From positions 1-64,000 of the forward strand of contig RBZT01000553.1 in assembly GCA_003693705.1 (NCBI GenBank): 64,000 nucleotides of DNA. The letters are read 5' to 3'. The stretch's first letter is position 1, and every line of letters starts with the position of its first letter. Positions 10,567-23,270 of the stretch are shown piece by piece. The translations under genes and the position numbers were made by a program. The notes under the pieces are model-generated. The model made no database searches, had not been told where the DNA came from, and was given only the letters and a program-made list of their open reading frames with translations. Source of the DNA: Polymyxa betae A26-41 (taxonomy: Eukaryota > Protista > Endomyxa: Phytomyxea).

Positions 10567-13500
10567 ATGACGACATCGAGCGCTGCCGATCGCTGGCATC
10601 ACTTCAACGTATCTCGGTTATTTGACCAAGCGGAATTAGACAGAGCGTTCAATCTGTGTGCTCAACCGTTGCAGCCAACCAGAGTACTGCATGCTGCTGA
10701 TCCAGTTGCGGATGCAAATTTCCCTAATGTTCACCGACAAATTGCAGATGTATTATCACCTCCATCATCATTGAGCATGCTGCTTTCACCAAGTCTTCTC
10801 AATGTAAGATTTTCAAATGCCACTGTCCATTACAGTGAGTAATGATATAGAAGAACCCTGCTGCGAAAGTGGCTAATACGAGCGATCCTCTCTCGTTATT
10901 TCAGACACAGATCCCTGCATCGGCTGAATCATCTGTGAATATCGACAAAGTTAGTAAGATGTCATTTCAAGCTCTGAGCCCGATTGAGCGTGGAACCAAC
11001 AGGACGCTGGGTTTTTCGATCTCAACCAGTTCTCTGGGTTGCTCAATTTCGATCCAATGGATAGGGAAGCGCTTTGCGAAGTGATCCAGGATAAAGTAAT
11101 GTCGGCTTGTTTACCGAAACACCCATCATCTCTTCGCAAACGGATACTTGTCATAGAGAAAATCCACGAAGCCTTAGAATTGTACAAGCAAGTTCCAACC
11201 GAAAAGATCTCTGATATAACAGATTCTGATAAGGAGCACAATTGGGAAGCCAAATCGAAATCTTACGAGCTATCACCAGCAGTAGAGCTGGGAATGAATG
11301 CGTTTCTGTCTATTCGTGATCGATTAGACCTCACCGAGCCTATGCTCTGCAAGAATCTAATTTGGACTCTGCGGCCAGTCTTTTCAGAAGCGTTCTCCTC
11401 AAAATTAGATATTAGCAGCGATAGCCCTATAATCTCAGCAGTCATATCATTCCTGAACGATGCTATATCAAACTCAGAACTTGAAGAGCATATTCGGTCA
11501 CAAGCTCTGGAAATTTTATTCCAAATACATGTCGGCCAGGCATCTGTATCAGGCATTCTAAAAACTGTGAAGCTTTTGCTTAGCAGAAAAGGAACGGAAT
11601 ATTGTAACCTAAATCTTTTTGCACCGCTGCAAGAGCTGGCTAATCTGGTGCATATCTCAAGTAATCTGGGATTCTCCCCAGAATTACATTCATTTGGTCG
11701 AGGAGATACGGGTCGCTTAGGCCAGGGTTCAGCAAACACCAGCATACAAATTCCACAAGTGATTGAAGGTCTTCGGGGCAAGAATATTGTCAATGTCGCT
11801 ACATTTTCGACACATTCTCTGGCAATCTCAGATTCGGGTGACGTTTATGCCTGGGGAAATGGGCAACACGGAAGGCTTGGAACGAAATCCTTAGCTAACG
11901 CTCCTACACCGATACAACTCAAGCCTCTGGTCGGTCATCGTGTTGTATCTGTAGCTGTTGGTCTTTCACATTCTGTTCTACTTTCTGACCAAGGACGTGT
12001 ATTCACAGTAAGCTAAGCTCTTGCTTTCAATCTTAATGTGCATAAGGTGACATTCTTCTAGTTTGGAAATGGAGTCAATGGGCGACTTGGTACAGGCGAC
12101 ACCAAGGAGCGACGCGTTCCCACGATGATTCAGTCTTTGGTCCAATATTCCATTGTTGGGATCGCTTGTGGGTCTGCATTTACATTTGCTCTGGGAGAGG
12201 GCGGATCGTTATTTTCTTGGGGCAAAAACACTACGGGCCAGTGCGGTCATGGAAATTTATCGGAATGTCAAACCCCAAAAAGGATTTCTGCCCTAACAAA
12301 TGAAACGATCGTTCACATTGCTGGAGGATGGGATCATGCCTTAGCTTGCAGCTCTCGAGGCATTGTTTACAGTTGGGGATGCGGCTATGAAGGAACTCGT
12401 CCTGTTTTAGGGAATGGATCCAAGACAAGACAGCACACTCCAACCGCAGTCGAGAAACTATATGGTCATCATATTGTTAAAGTAGCTGCAGGATATGATC
12501 ACTCTTTAGCTATTTGCGACACTGGAGAAGTTTTCGTTTGGGGCTCATCTGCAGTTGGACAACTTGGTTTAGGGGATACTCAGGAGAAGCTATTTCCAGA
12601 AAAAATCCAAGCATTATCCGGGCAAATAATCGTCAGTGCAGATGGCGGTATGGATCACACGTTATTTATAGCCCGGGATGGCGATGTCTACGCTTGTGGA
12701 AATGGTGCCGAGAATGCCCTTGGGGTTGCTTGTTCTGGTCCAGTGAAAACGCCCGTGCTCGTCGAATCGTTGAAGGGCAAATACATTAAGAAGGTCGCAT
12801 GTGGAGACAAATGCAGCATCGTGTTGTCAACATCTCGACTGGAGAATGATTCTGCTACAACGAATCGCCCTTTAAGGGCCCAAGATGTGATAAGAGTTCC
12901 CGGATTCGCTTTACAATCTTCAGAAAAATCACCAACCGTAGACTGGAGACAAGCTATCATGTATTCCATGGCGGTTCTTGATATGTCGTCAGTTTCTTTC
13001 GCACCGAGTGGCAATTTTCTTTGGGATGAGAGTTCTTCGATATCACCCAAGTCCTTCGAGCGGTTTTCCATCGATCTTAAAGTGGAAACGTTCGAGTACT
13101 TAGCTGAGATCCTTGAAGTTGTCGATTCGTATCGCTCTGGCATCCCTTTATCATCAAATGGCCCTTTAGGTTCTTCGACCGTTGAAGGAAGATCGGCTGA
13201 TTCTGAAGAGGATCTGAATGCCGAAGAAATATTTATTCCATTTATTCTGATTTCGATCTTGCGAGTCCTGAAAATTCATATCTGGCACGCCATTCGGTCG
13301 AACGGGAAGTTAGGGCTCTTAAACAGCATCGTTTTGAACGCCGATATTTGTCAACGCTTACATCGCTCAATAGTCGCTTTGATGAAGTCTAATCAAGCTT
13401 ATAAGATACGTCTTGAATGGAATAACTATATTAAGCAAGAAGCTGCTGAGATATTTGTTCTGGGAGTCGAGTTATGGTATCCAAACAAGGAGCTTTATGC

Positions 13501-16500
13501 AACATTTCTGAGTGAAGTCATCAACGGGAATATCCTCGACCAATTCCCGGATCAAACGCCTTTTGGCGTTTCTATGCAAGATGCCCTAATGAAACGGCTT
13601 AGTGAACCGTCATTGCTAAATAATTTCCTTCAAAGCAATCATGAATGTGGAGACAACTTGGTGTCAACTTTACTAAAGCTGATCCGGTCTGTTCACGGTG
13701 GCACTATACAGACAACAAACAACTTATTGAGCCAAACGACGGCTTCCGCTGACCGGAAAGACTCGGGCACCAATCCCGATGTCTCGTTCACCTGGGTGAG
13801 ATCACCTGTAAATCATATCCAGAAACTTACTGCCCAACCTGTGCTTTCTACGACTTTCAAACAGCGAGGTGATATTGCCCTGTTAATTGCATTCCAGCAG
13901 GTTAGATGCTACTTTTGGCAGAGCACCTTAGCTGAACCACCCTTCTAGGCTTTATTGAATCAAGTATTTCTGGAGCGTACAAATGAAGATGGCAAATTAA
14001 TGGCGACGCCTTTCGCATCTCATCGTTTCTTAACCCGATATGCTTTCGAATTAATTGATCATTGCTGCTCGATCATGGATTCTTCTTGCGATAATGCCGT
14101 CCTTCAAGAATCTGTAATTGAATCCGTTCTGCCAATATTCATTACAAGCCTTCACTGTTTCTCAAAGAACGTTTTCCTGGGCTGTGCATTACTGGACCGA
14201 TTGAAAATTTTATGCCAGGTATGACAACAGGATAGTTGAGCATCGAAAAGGGACTTTACTGAATTTGCTCATAGCGTATAGAGCACGTTCAACATCAAGT
14301 TGCTGGATCGTTCAATGCATCTTGGTTAACGGACCTTGAAGTTAGCGCTATTGATCTCTGTGGTCAGTTTTTATCAACTTTGCTGGAATCGGATGCATCC
14401 AGGATTCTCGAGGTCACGGATCATTGCGAAATTGGTCAATTCTTTGGACATTATGGACCTGCATCAAAGACGAGCTCCTCTCCCATGCAGATTTGCGCTA
14501 TGCGCTACTTAGGTAATCATTATTGTTGAACCTTTCTTGTAGCTGATTAGAACTTGCAGTTGAATTAATGCCATTGGTTTCTAACAACTTGGCTCTCGAT
14601 GCAATTCTCACATGTATGCTGCAAAAGGTTATAACGCTGATAGCCGACCCATGCGATTGGGAATTAGCTTCAATAATGGAGACATTCTATCATCTACTGA
14701 TGGGATTACCTCATCAATCTCAGCTAACAGTCATTCAGCAGCAAGCAATTACAGTTCGTGTCTTACCCTACCTAACGTCAGATTTCGTCGTTCATTCCAG
14801 TAAAAGTAGGTCTCACTCAGAATCCATTTGTGCTACTAAAGTTCTATCACTTCCAGTGCATACTGAGCTTGGAATTTTGACCTTCTTAAGGGATTGTATC
14901 TGGCGGATCCAGTATGGGCAAAGTTCAGACAATGAGCTATCTTTGATCTTATATGAAGTTCATATGCTGGCTGTTCGTGTTCTTCAATCGTTTATGTTGC
15001 AAAGCGATGACATTATCCAGCCAGCAATGGAAGCGCTCTTCCAGGAACTTTCTTCTGCAGCAACCTGGTCATTATCAACAGCAGCTCTGAAATCATCGAA
15101 TACCGATCAACAAGCGCCATCCCTGCACTCGTCAGCTATTATGTTAATTGGATTGTCACGATGCTTAAGCTCAGAATGCGTTGAACTGCCCAACATTTGC
15201 CAGGACCCACTTACTGATTTCACTTTGTCAGCATGGTTTTGGACCTCGGAATCTTCTGCCCTGGTGCTCCAGTTCAAAGGACAGCCAGCATTCTTCTCTG
15301 TTTCTATCGATTCGGTTCGTGGGATCGTGGGAGCAACTGAAGTTCGTCATGACTCTCCTTTGGAGCCTAATCATTGGCATTTGCTTACATTAACGGTTAA
15401 GAACCGGCAGCTACGGCTCTTCATCGATGACACTTTAGCAAATCAGCAGACTGCTGTTTCTGCTTTTCCCGCTTTTCCAACTGATATCCCGTTGCTCTTG
15501 ACTGGAAATGTAACTGTCTTTTTTAATCCTTTTTCGCAAACATTGTTCTCAACTGTGACTAGATTGGAAACCGTATTTGCGCGTTACGCTGGTGGAACGA
15601 AGCCTTATCGCCAGAACAAGTATCTGAATTATATCAAGAAGGGCCCCATCGACTTACTGATCGCAAAAAATCGACTCCATTCGTGAAAGCAAATTCGCTA
15701 GTTGTGGCCCTTCATGACTGTGTTCCGTACGAGTATTTGTGTATGCTTAACTGCATGACGTCAGTCTGGGGCGTCCGCAACAACTTAGACTCCAAATGGG
15801 CTCTCGTATTGACAAACTTGTTGAAAAATGGCACAGCCCGAATGAAGATTGTTATCTTAAGGACAATCGGCAATTTACGCGAAAAAGATTTATTCGAATT
15901 TGAACCGGTATGAAGCTTAATTTTCCTGAAATTCAAAAAACTGATAAGAATTAAACAAGTTGCTGTGGTCGATGTGCAATCACCTGTGGTTATGCAATGA
16001 CGATAACGTGACCCGTCCTGAAGATGATGAAATATGCATTAGACAAGAATCCATAAGACTCTATCAACAACTTCTTTGCTTTCCCGCTATTCGAGACTTA
16101 TTGTTGGCCAGGCTACGGCTGTGTGTTAACGAATTACTGACGGCAGGCGAAATCAGTAACAACTGTGTTTGTGCTTTAAGTATTCTTGGGGGTTCTATAT
16201 CGATGGTATGTGTTTTTTTGTCCTTTCTGATACTGAGATCACAAAGCGAATTTGCTTTCTCAGATAACTGTTGGCAGCCATGTGACATTGCCAAACGATG
16301 CTCAAGGCGTGATCACCTCAATCGATTCCAAAACCGGAGTTTGCCGCATCCTTGTTGAAAATGAAAAGCCCCTGTCTAACGATAAAAGACGACTGAAACG
16401 ATTTGTTCTGTGCCAAGAACTCATGTCGAAATGTCAGCCGACGGAACAGCCCTGTAACATTACATGGACTCCAGAGATCATCTCTGTCATGTCATCGTTG

Positions 16501-19063
16501 ATCATCAAGTCCATCGAGAAATTGCAAGCAATGACATCTTCCGCTACAGCATCCTCGAAGACCAGTGTCTTATGGGCTTGTATCGCTACTCAAGGTTTCA
16601 GCTGCATAGCTAATCTGCTCTGTCAACCCACGAAATTGCTTGAGTTCAACATTGTTCCGTCGTTGCAGGCAAGTGGAATTATCAATGCTGTTGCCAAGCT
16701 AGCGTCGACTCCTCTTCTTCAAAATATTCAACCGAAATTTCGCTCAATCAGTAACTTGAAAGGCTTTGTAAGATCGTTTTTGTCTCGCGAGAAACCTCTA
16801 GAGGCCAGAGCCAATATGATTGTTGGATCTGGAAGGAGAGGAATCATTCCGGTTCAGATCGTGTCATCTTTGGAGTCATTAGGTTTGATTCCGCTGAGAT
16901 CTCCTCCGGCCCCTGTTGTTCCCAATCCTGACCCAAATGCAGCAGCATATAAGTGTCCGGGTTGCTCACAGCAAGATTTAACCATGCCCACGTAAGCATC
17001 CTATTTTTAAAATGCTATGATACTGATCTGTTGGGATATCAGACTGCTTGTACATTTTCAGAAGCATCATTCGAAGGCAGCGATTCGGTCAGAATGCCCT
17101 TTATGCTCAGCCTCCTCTCGTGCCATTTCTGGAACCGTTCATTCGTCAATCTCGAATCATTTCAAAAGGTGCCACAAATCGCTGGCTGCACATGGCTCCG
17201 ATCTTCCAGTTTCTACTGTCTCACAGGATTCTGTTGCCAAATTGATGGCGATGGGATTTGAAGTGGATCACTGTATATATGCTTTGGAACAGAGCAATGA
17301 GGATCTAGTTGCTGCTACTAATTGGATACTGAATAACCTCAGTACTGTTGGGGCTTTAGTTGAAGCGAAAAAAGCAGCGGCTGCTGCTGATAGTGCAACT
17401 CAAGCTCTGACACCAGAAGACGCTGTTGATGAGAACAACTCATATGAGGTTGCTCGAAAGAAAGCCAACGAGGCTGCAGAATCTTCGAGGGATTACTTCG
17501 AGCTTGAGTGCGGATCTGTCATTCCAAATATGAATCCAGATTTCAAGTCGTCTGCGATAGCGTCGACTGCTTCGAATTACTTCCATACATTTTTGGAATT
17601 AGCTGTCATGACTGCAAGATACTGCTGCATTCTTTGCATCAAGCATGAAATTCCCATCCACCTCGATGTTAAAGAGTACTTAAACTTACTGAAGCTGACG
17701 GTTTTCAGAGGGCACATTCATCCCAACGATCACAAGAACGCTGAGGTCCATTTGGAATATGTAAGAGGTAGTAAATAATAATTGGAATCACTAATTCTTC
17801 TCATAGTTGAAAAAATCTTCGTCAAAAGACCACACGTCCAGCATAATTGATGAAACTCTTCATCAGCTAAGTCTGGCAGTTTCTGAAGAGACTTGCTGCT
17901 TATACGAGGAAATACCTTGGGGCTCTCGATCAATTGATTGCACCGACCTTCAAGCTGTTGATGACCAACGCCTATGTCTTGAGAGGGTTTCTCTGCTCAC
18001 TGAAAGCGGCATCGTTCCTCAGGTGAGCTGTAAAGCCAGTAGAGTTGAAGTTATGATTTTTATACGGTTATGTCAATATAGATCATTGTTAAAGGGTCAG
18101 ATTTGATCGTGAAGGCCTTATATAACGCCAACGTGCATGTCAAGATGCTTGCTTTTAAGTTGCTTTCCGATCCAGCTGCCAGCGGCATTCAGTTACCGAT
18201 GGATCGGCTTTGCCTCCTATTATCACGGTGTCTAATTCATGATCAGCTCAAAAAGCAGAAGCAAAATTCTCCATTCACATCTGCGTTGTTGCAACTTTGC
18301 CTGGCTCGAGTAGAGATACCGACAGAAGTTTACGTTCATGCATCAGATGTTGCAGTTTGTGACATGCTCTTCGATGATATGTCGCCGTTGAAAGTTTCCG
18401 AAGATGGTAATAGCGTTGTTCACATGATGGATGGTGTATGGTTGTCAGCAGTCAGCAAGCAACCAATCACTATTGCACAAGACCCAACACATATGGCATC
18501 ATCAGAAAAATGTCGAGTCAGTTTGGCATTCAGCCTTGACAACATGACTAATCGAATGATATCATTGGGAATGGCAACAGATCCCAATGATGTATCATGT
18601 TGCTGGGTTGGTTCATCTGAAGGTACTTGGGGTATTATGGCTGATGGATCTGTCTGGTTTGCTGGCCAAAGAGTCTTCAATCTAAACATATGTTTTGAGT
18701 CGAACGATGTCATCGGTTTTGTTTTCGATCTGGTCAGTTCCCATGATTGCAAACCTTGATTGATTCCTTACAATGAAGTAGAGATTCGGAACTGCATCGC
18801 TGTATCGCAATGGAACTGAACTTGGGCAAGTATTTCGTAATCTTCGTGGAACTGTCTATCCTTGTATATCGTTGTTTCATCAGAATAGTTGCGTCTCATT
18901 TAAGAAAGGGTATTGTATCAATATTTTACTGAACACTCATATGCTTATGTTGGTTGACATTAGATGGCAAAGACCGGAATCCAGTCCATATCAGCAGGAC
19001 TTAGAATCGGTAGCATGTAACTTGCATCAAAATCCTTGTGCAGATCCTCAAGAGATTCAGTGA
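10567..19063 (+). CDS. Large HERC-like scaffold: RCC1 repeats, LamG-like segment, Di19/KCMF1-type zinc finger, UBA, SPRY; no HECT domain visible
   Basis: About 7 RCC1 repeats (VYAWGNGQHGRLG, LFSWGKNTTGQCG, VFVWGSSAVGQLGLG); FTLSAWF...WHLLTLTV...LFIDD; CPGC..H..HH/CPLC..H...H; VAKLMAMGFEVDHCIYALEQSNEDLVAATNWIL; FESNDVIGFVFDL...RNGTELG...VYPCISLF. Collinear exons linked by GT-AG introns. Confidence 0.75.
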
Positions 19064-19262
19064 TTATAAATTGATATTTATTGCTATTGTTGCATTGGCA
19101 TCTCATTCAAAGTACTACGAGACCAATGGTCCCACTTTAGACTTCATACTTTTGATTTGATACCCATCATGAAAAATATGCAACCGGAAGCATTGAATCA
19201 CCAGATTGGACACCATTTGTTCCGGGCGAAATCGTCAAAGGGAACCCGCCGCCCCAACCAAA

Positions 19263-20246
19263 ATGTGTTTCGATTTTCTGAGTTCAGTATGCGGGTGTAT
19301 GTCGTCATGTTGTTCGTGCTGTGCAAACACGTGTTTCTGTCTGACAGCATGTAGCATCTGCTGTAATAATTGTAGCTCAGAGCGTCAATCAGGTTCAAAG
19401 ACTCATTCTTCACCCGCTCTTAGAACCTACTCGCCACTGAAACTCGCCTCCAAAGTTCATATTCAAGACGTGATGAAGACGCTGATGCTGACCCGCAATC
19501 ATCGTTCCAAATCCGATATTGAAGGCGCCCTTCAGGATGGCGAGATGGGATTCAGTCGCCCTATCCAGCTTTTAAAATGGCTCAGCGATGACCGTATCAC
19601 GGTCGCGATTTACTCATTTCAGTTCGAAATTGTGATTGCGTTCCATGTCGATGCCACCACCGACCATTTCCTCCAATCAACGTCCTGCGATCCGGTCCGG
19701 TTCGTGGATGCAATCGGGGTCGCCGGCCGAGTTCATGACGGTGTTCTACAGGAATGGAACCCAATCTGCGAACAGGTTCAACGTCAGATTCAGCTGTTTG
19801 TTCGTGATAACCCGTCCGGTCTGGTGACAATGGCTGGATACGGGCCAGGAGGTGCAATCGCCTCCTTAAACGCCATCTATACGCAAACACAGCTGTTCCT
19901 CAGCGATCGCTTGCGTCTGATGACATTCGGTGGTATCCGGTTCGCGACTCGCAAGATGCGGGATGCTGCCGGCACCCTTCTGAGCGGCAACTCCTTCGAT
20001 TTCATCTCTGGCGCCGACCCGATCTACGCCCGCAAGCGATATGCGACTTTGGGCAGCAAATATTTCCGGATCGGACAGCTGATTCATATACGGCCGGATG
20101 ACGAATATCGTGCATATGATCGGTACTGGACTAACTGGGAGCGAATGCGTCAGAGTTCAGATCCAGATCAGCACGATCTCGAACGCTATCAGATCGAGAT
20201 TGAAGCCTGGAATGGAAATGTCATCCGAATACCGAAATCGAAATAA
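19263..20246 (+). CDS. Class 3 lipase-like protein, probably catalytically inactive, with Cys-rich N-terminus (intronless)
   Basis: GRVHDGV, VTMAGYGPGGAIASL in place of GHSLGG, LMTFGGIRF, GADPIY, HDLERY; N-terminus MCFDFLSSVCGCMSSCCSCC... Confidence 0.75.
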   Translation: MCFDFLSSVCGCMSSCCSCCANTCFCLTACSICCNNCSSERQSGSKTHSSPALRTYSPLKLASKVHIQDVMKTLMLTRNHRSKSDIEGALQDGEMGFSRPIQLLKWLSDDRITVAIYSFQFEIVIAFHVDATTDHFLQSTSCDPVRFVDAIGVAGRVHDGVLQEWNPICEQVQRQIQLFVRDNPSGLVTMAGYGPGGAIASLNAIYTQTQLFLSDRLRLMTFGGIRFATRKMRDAAGTLLSGNSFDFISGADPIYARKRYATLGSKYFRIGQLIHIRPDDEYRAYDRYWTNWERMRQSSDPDQHDLERYQIEIEAWNGNVIRIPKSK

Positions 20247-20386
20247 ACTTCCATCGAAACTATGACAATGAATTGTGAAATCTTCCCCTATTAATTCAAT
20301 AGATATATTCCCCCTATGAACTCAATAGATATATATTGGTATTCAGCACAATGACGGAATGCTGCCTATTAAGCATCATCATTAAA

Positions 20387-21190
20387 TTACTGAATTGAAC
20401 AGCAGCTCTTTGGTAAGGCTTTGGTCTGCTTATAGAACTGTTTCGACCTGGATGATAAATCGGCCGACTTCTGTACTAGATTATCGATCTCATCACCACG
20501 ACCTAATGTCTGCTCGATATTCTTATGCATGATATTCTTGACAGCTTCAATCTCTTTCAATGTCAATCCGATCTTATCGTTCTGATTTGGATCTTGAAAT
20601 CTATAAGTCAATCAGCGATCAAACATTCAACAGACGCAACATCACTAACTTTTGTATGGCCTCGTTAATAAATGGTACATCATAATTATGATCAGATGTT
20701 TTTGTCTTCCAATCTAACATGTAGTATTAGAAATACCTTTCAGAAATAGTCGTGTATCAATACCAGAGATAGTTTCCTCGAATTTGTTGAGGACAGCCTG
20801 GACCAGAGCATGTGCTTTCTTATCTGGATATTCTTGATCTGTAATAACAAACCCAACAAGACCATTTCCTTTCTGATAATAATGTGCTGAATGCCCTGTT
20901 ATGATATCCATTAATACCAAACTCAGCGATAATCTCGTTCAGATCACCTTCATGATCAAGACTGTTACGCTGACCTACAGTCGCCTTCTTACCTGCCGAT
21001 CTGGCCAAAAAAATGGACATTTCTTGAACACTATCATGCCATTATATACGACATCCAAGATCGAGATCTCATCAGTCTACCTCTTCCTCTGGAAGAACTG
21101 AAACGACGATAACTGATGCTGCTGAGCGAGCAGAATAGGCTCCGGTAATGTGGGTGATGTGGACATCACCACGATGCTGATTAACTTCAT
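20387..21190 (-). CDS. YKT6: Longin R-SNARE Ykt6, multi-exon
   Basis: LSSFQFFQRKSVQEMSIFLAR, ITDQEYP, IMHKNIEQTLGRGDEIDNLVQKSADLSSRSKQFYK, C-terminal CCSIQ lipidation motif. Confidence 0.93.
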
Positions 21191-21272
21191 GATAACGCCT
21201 GGATTAAATGATGATCTTGATATATAGAGAGATGATAGAGAGAGTGATGATGTGACTACATCACAGTACATA

Positions 21273-21397
21273 GGGTTGGGGTTAGATGGGGCGATGGGGT
21301 GCCTCTACAGATGGGTTTATATGGGGCCATGGGTTATATGGGGTGATGGAGTTATGAGGTGATGGGGTTATATGGGGCCATGGGGTGCCTCTACAGA
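21273..21397 (+). repeat. G-rich imperfect tandem repeat between MTG1 3' end and YKT6 5' end
   Basis: GGGGTGCCTCTACAGA x2, GGGTT(T)ATATGGGGCCATGGG x2, GGTGATGG repeats. Confidence 0.7.
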
Positions 21398-21442
21398 GCA
21401 GTGTCTCTCACATACATGAGTACAGTACATGTCGGTGGCGAT

Positions 21443-22306
21443 CTATTCGAGCTGATCAAGCATGAACTTTCCCAGGTCACCCTCCCTGAACTGTTGTAGA
21501 TAGAACGCCAGAGCACGATCAAGATCTAACTCAGCAGTGGATGATAGATAGAAGGATCGCCTTCGGGCTAATTGGACCAGAAACTCATGGAATTCTGTCT
21601 CTGTGGGCTTCATACCGGTCATGATCTCATACAGATATTGGCCTGTCAGATAATTGCCAACAACATGATCCGGGATAGAATGAATTAGCGATAGCTGCTG
21701 GGCCTGTACGTCACTGTGGATAGCGGGCGGCAATATCCCAGGTGTATCGAGTAGATAGAGATTGTGCTGGCCCAGCTGTAAACGTGAGATGGATCGAGTT
21801 AGACCGGGACGAGCTCCGACCAGCACCGATTTCTTGTCGCGTTTTAGTGATCGGATGATGGAGGATTTGCCAACATTCGGGATACCGACGATCATCACCA
21901 GACGTGGTGTTGTTCGGAACCGAGAGCAGGATGAGGCGGCGTCGATGATCGAGGTTATCAGCGTTTGATGATCACGACGTGATACGAAGCGGATCTCGGG
22001 TGTATCTGGTGATTGCATCAGGATGGCGTCTTGAATACGATGGCGTTGAGAGAGATCGGCTAGATCAGACTTGTTCAAAACAATCAGACGACGTTTACTT
22101 GCTATTAATGGATGTAAATGTATACTGGCTGATGTAAGAGGTAGACGAGCATCACGAACTTCCACAATCATATGGACTTGTTTCATATATTGATCCTGAA
22201 TTTGACGTACTGATGATGACATATGTCCTGGATACCATGATGCTGCAGCTGGTCCAGATCTGCACATATCATGCAGCAGACGACGATAACATTCTCGAAC
22301 CAACAT
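21443..22306 (-). CDS. MTG1: Mitochondrial ribosome-associated GTPase (RbgA/YlqF/MTG1 family)
   Basis: WYPGHM, EVRDARLP, VLNKSDLAD, VGIPNVGKSS, PGLTR, LLDTPGI; circularly permuted G motifs. Confidence 0.92.
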   Translation of the reverse strand: MLVRECYRRLLHDMCRSGPAAASWYPGHMSSSVRQIQDQYMKQVHMIVEVRDARLPLTSASIHLHPLIASKRRLIVLNKSDLADLSQRHRIQDAILMQSPDTPEIRFVSRRDHQTLITSIIDAASSCSRFRTTPRLVMIVGIPNVGKSSIIRSLKRDKKSVLVGARPGLTRSISRLQLGQHNLYLLDTPGILPPAIHSDVQAQQLSLIHSIPDHVVGNYLTGQYLYEIMTGMKPTETEFHEFLVQLARRRSFYLSSTAELDLDRALAFYLQQFREGDLGKFMLDQLE

Positions 22307-22498
22307 TACTATCAGTTTAAAGGTTAATACCGTCTATGAATAGAACATGCGCACTTACGCACATGTGCAATGTTGCGAGATACTGATGCGGGTGACGCCA
22401 GCCTCAAATCACTTTTTTCACTTCACCTCTGTTATAAATGTTTACGGATATTTTGAGTTTACAGATTAAATTGATAATACAAATTGCGCTCTGCTCAG

Positions 22499-22897
22499 AT
22501 GCGATTACAAATCGGTCAGGTGTTAAGATCGCGACGGCGTCTGCTTGGTCCAAACCAGGTCGCGGTCTGGGCCGACCTGACCGGCGATCGGAACCGCCTA
22601 CATCGTGGCCACGACGCCCTGGTCCCTGGCATGCTGATAGCCTCATTATTCCCAGCCCTAATTGCTGAGCACATCCCCGGTGCCCTCTATTTGAAACAGT
22701 CGCTGGCGTTCCGACGCCCGATTCGCCCAGATCAGGGCGTAACAGCTCAGATTACGGTCGTTGATGTAAGGACGGGACGACGACATGTTCGTTGCACAAC
22801 CGAGGCTGTATTAGATGATGGTACTATAGCTGTTGATGGTCAGGCTGAGTTCTTAACTCCCAGTAATATTATACTTCCTCCGTCATGTCCATCATGA
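22499..22897 (+). CDS. MaoC/hot-dog fold hydroxyacyl-thioester dehydratase (HTD2-like)
   Basis: WADLTGDRNRLH...LVPGMLIASLFPALIAEHIPGALYLKQSLAFRRP...AVDGQA. Confidence 0.85.
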   Translation: MRLQIGQVLRSRRRLLGPNQVAVWADLTGDRNRLHRGHDALVPGMLIASLFPALIAEHIPGALYLKQSLAFRRPIRPDQGVTAQITVVDVRTGRRHVRCTTEAVLDDGTIAVDGQAEFLTPSNIILPPSCPS

Positions 22898-23109
22898 TGT
22901 GCACGGTCGGATTCACCTCATGAATATCTAAAAATAAACATCACTGCTTCAGCTACCGTTTGCACGAATTTCCAGCTCCGGAGCCGTTGTAGTCGCTGAG
23001 ATCTGGCTGGCGAAAGCAGTCTGCTTCTACACCCGACTATTATAGCACCTGTATAACGACACCCTCTATAGAATATTGTCGGGTATCAACTGTAACAAGT
23101 GAAGGGACC

Positions 23110-23270
23110 CTCAAACTAACAGTTTTGAGCAATAATGACAGGGGCCGAGTGAGCTATTATCGAAGCCTAATGACGGAAAAATCCCCAAAGGAGTCTTGAA
23201 CGAGATTTCAGACCAATGTAAAGTTAATTATAGGACGGTTCGACGTATTTGGTCCAAGAGACAGTTTTTG
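23110..23270 (+). mobile_element. Degenerate Tc1/mariner transposase N-terminal HTH fragment
   Basis: Reads LSKPNDGKIPKGVLNEISDQCKVNYRTVRRIWSKR, which resembles the N-terminal HTH of plant/oomycete-type mariner transposases. No DDE domain or TIRs seen. Confidence 0.5.

Noticed and set aside
20283-20337. Direct duplication of about 26 bp (TCCCCTAT..A.TCAATAGATATA)
   Set aside because: A simple local duplication between convergent 3' ends with no sign of function.
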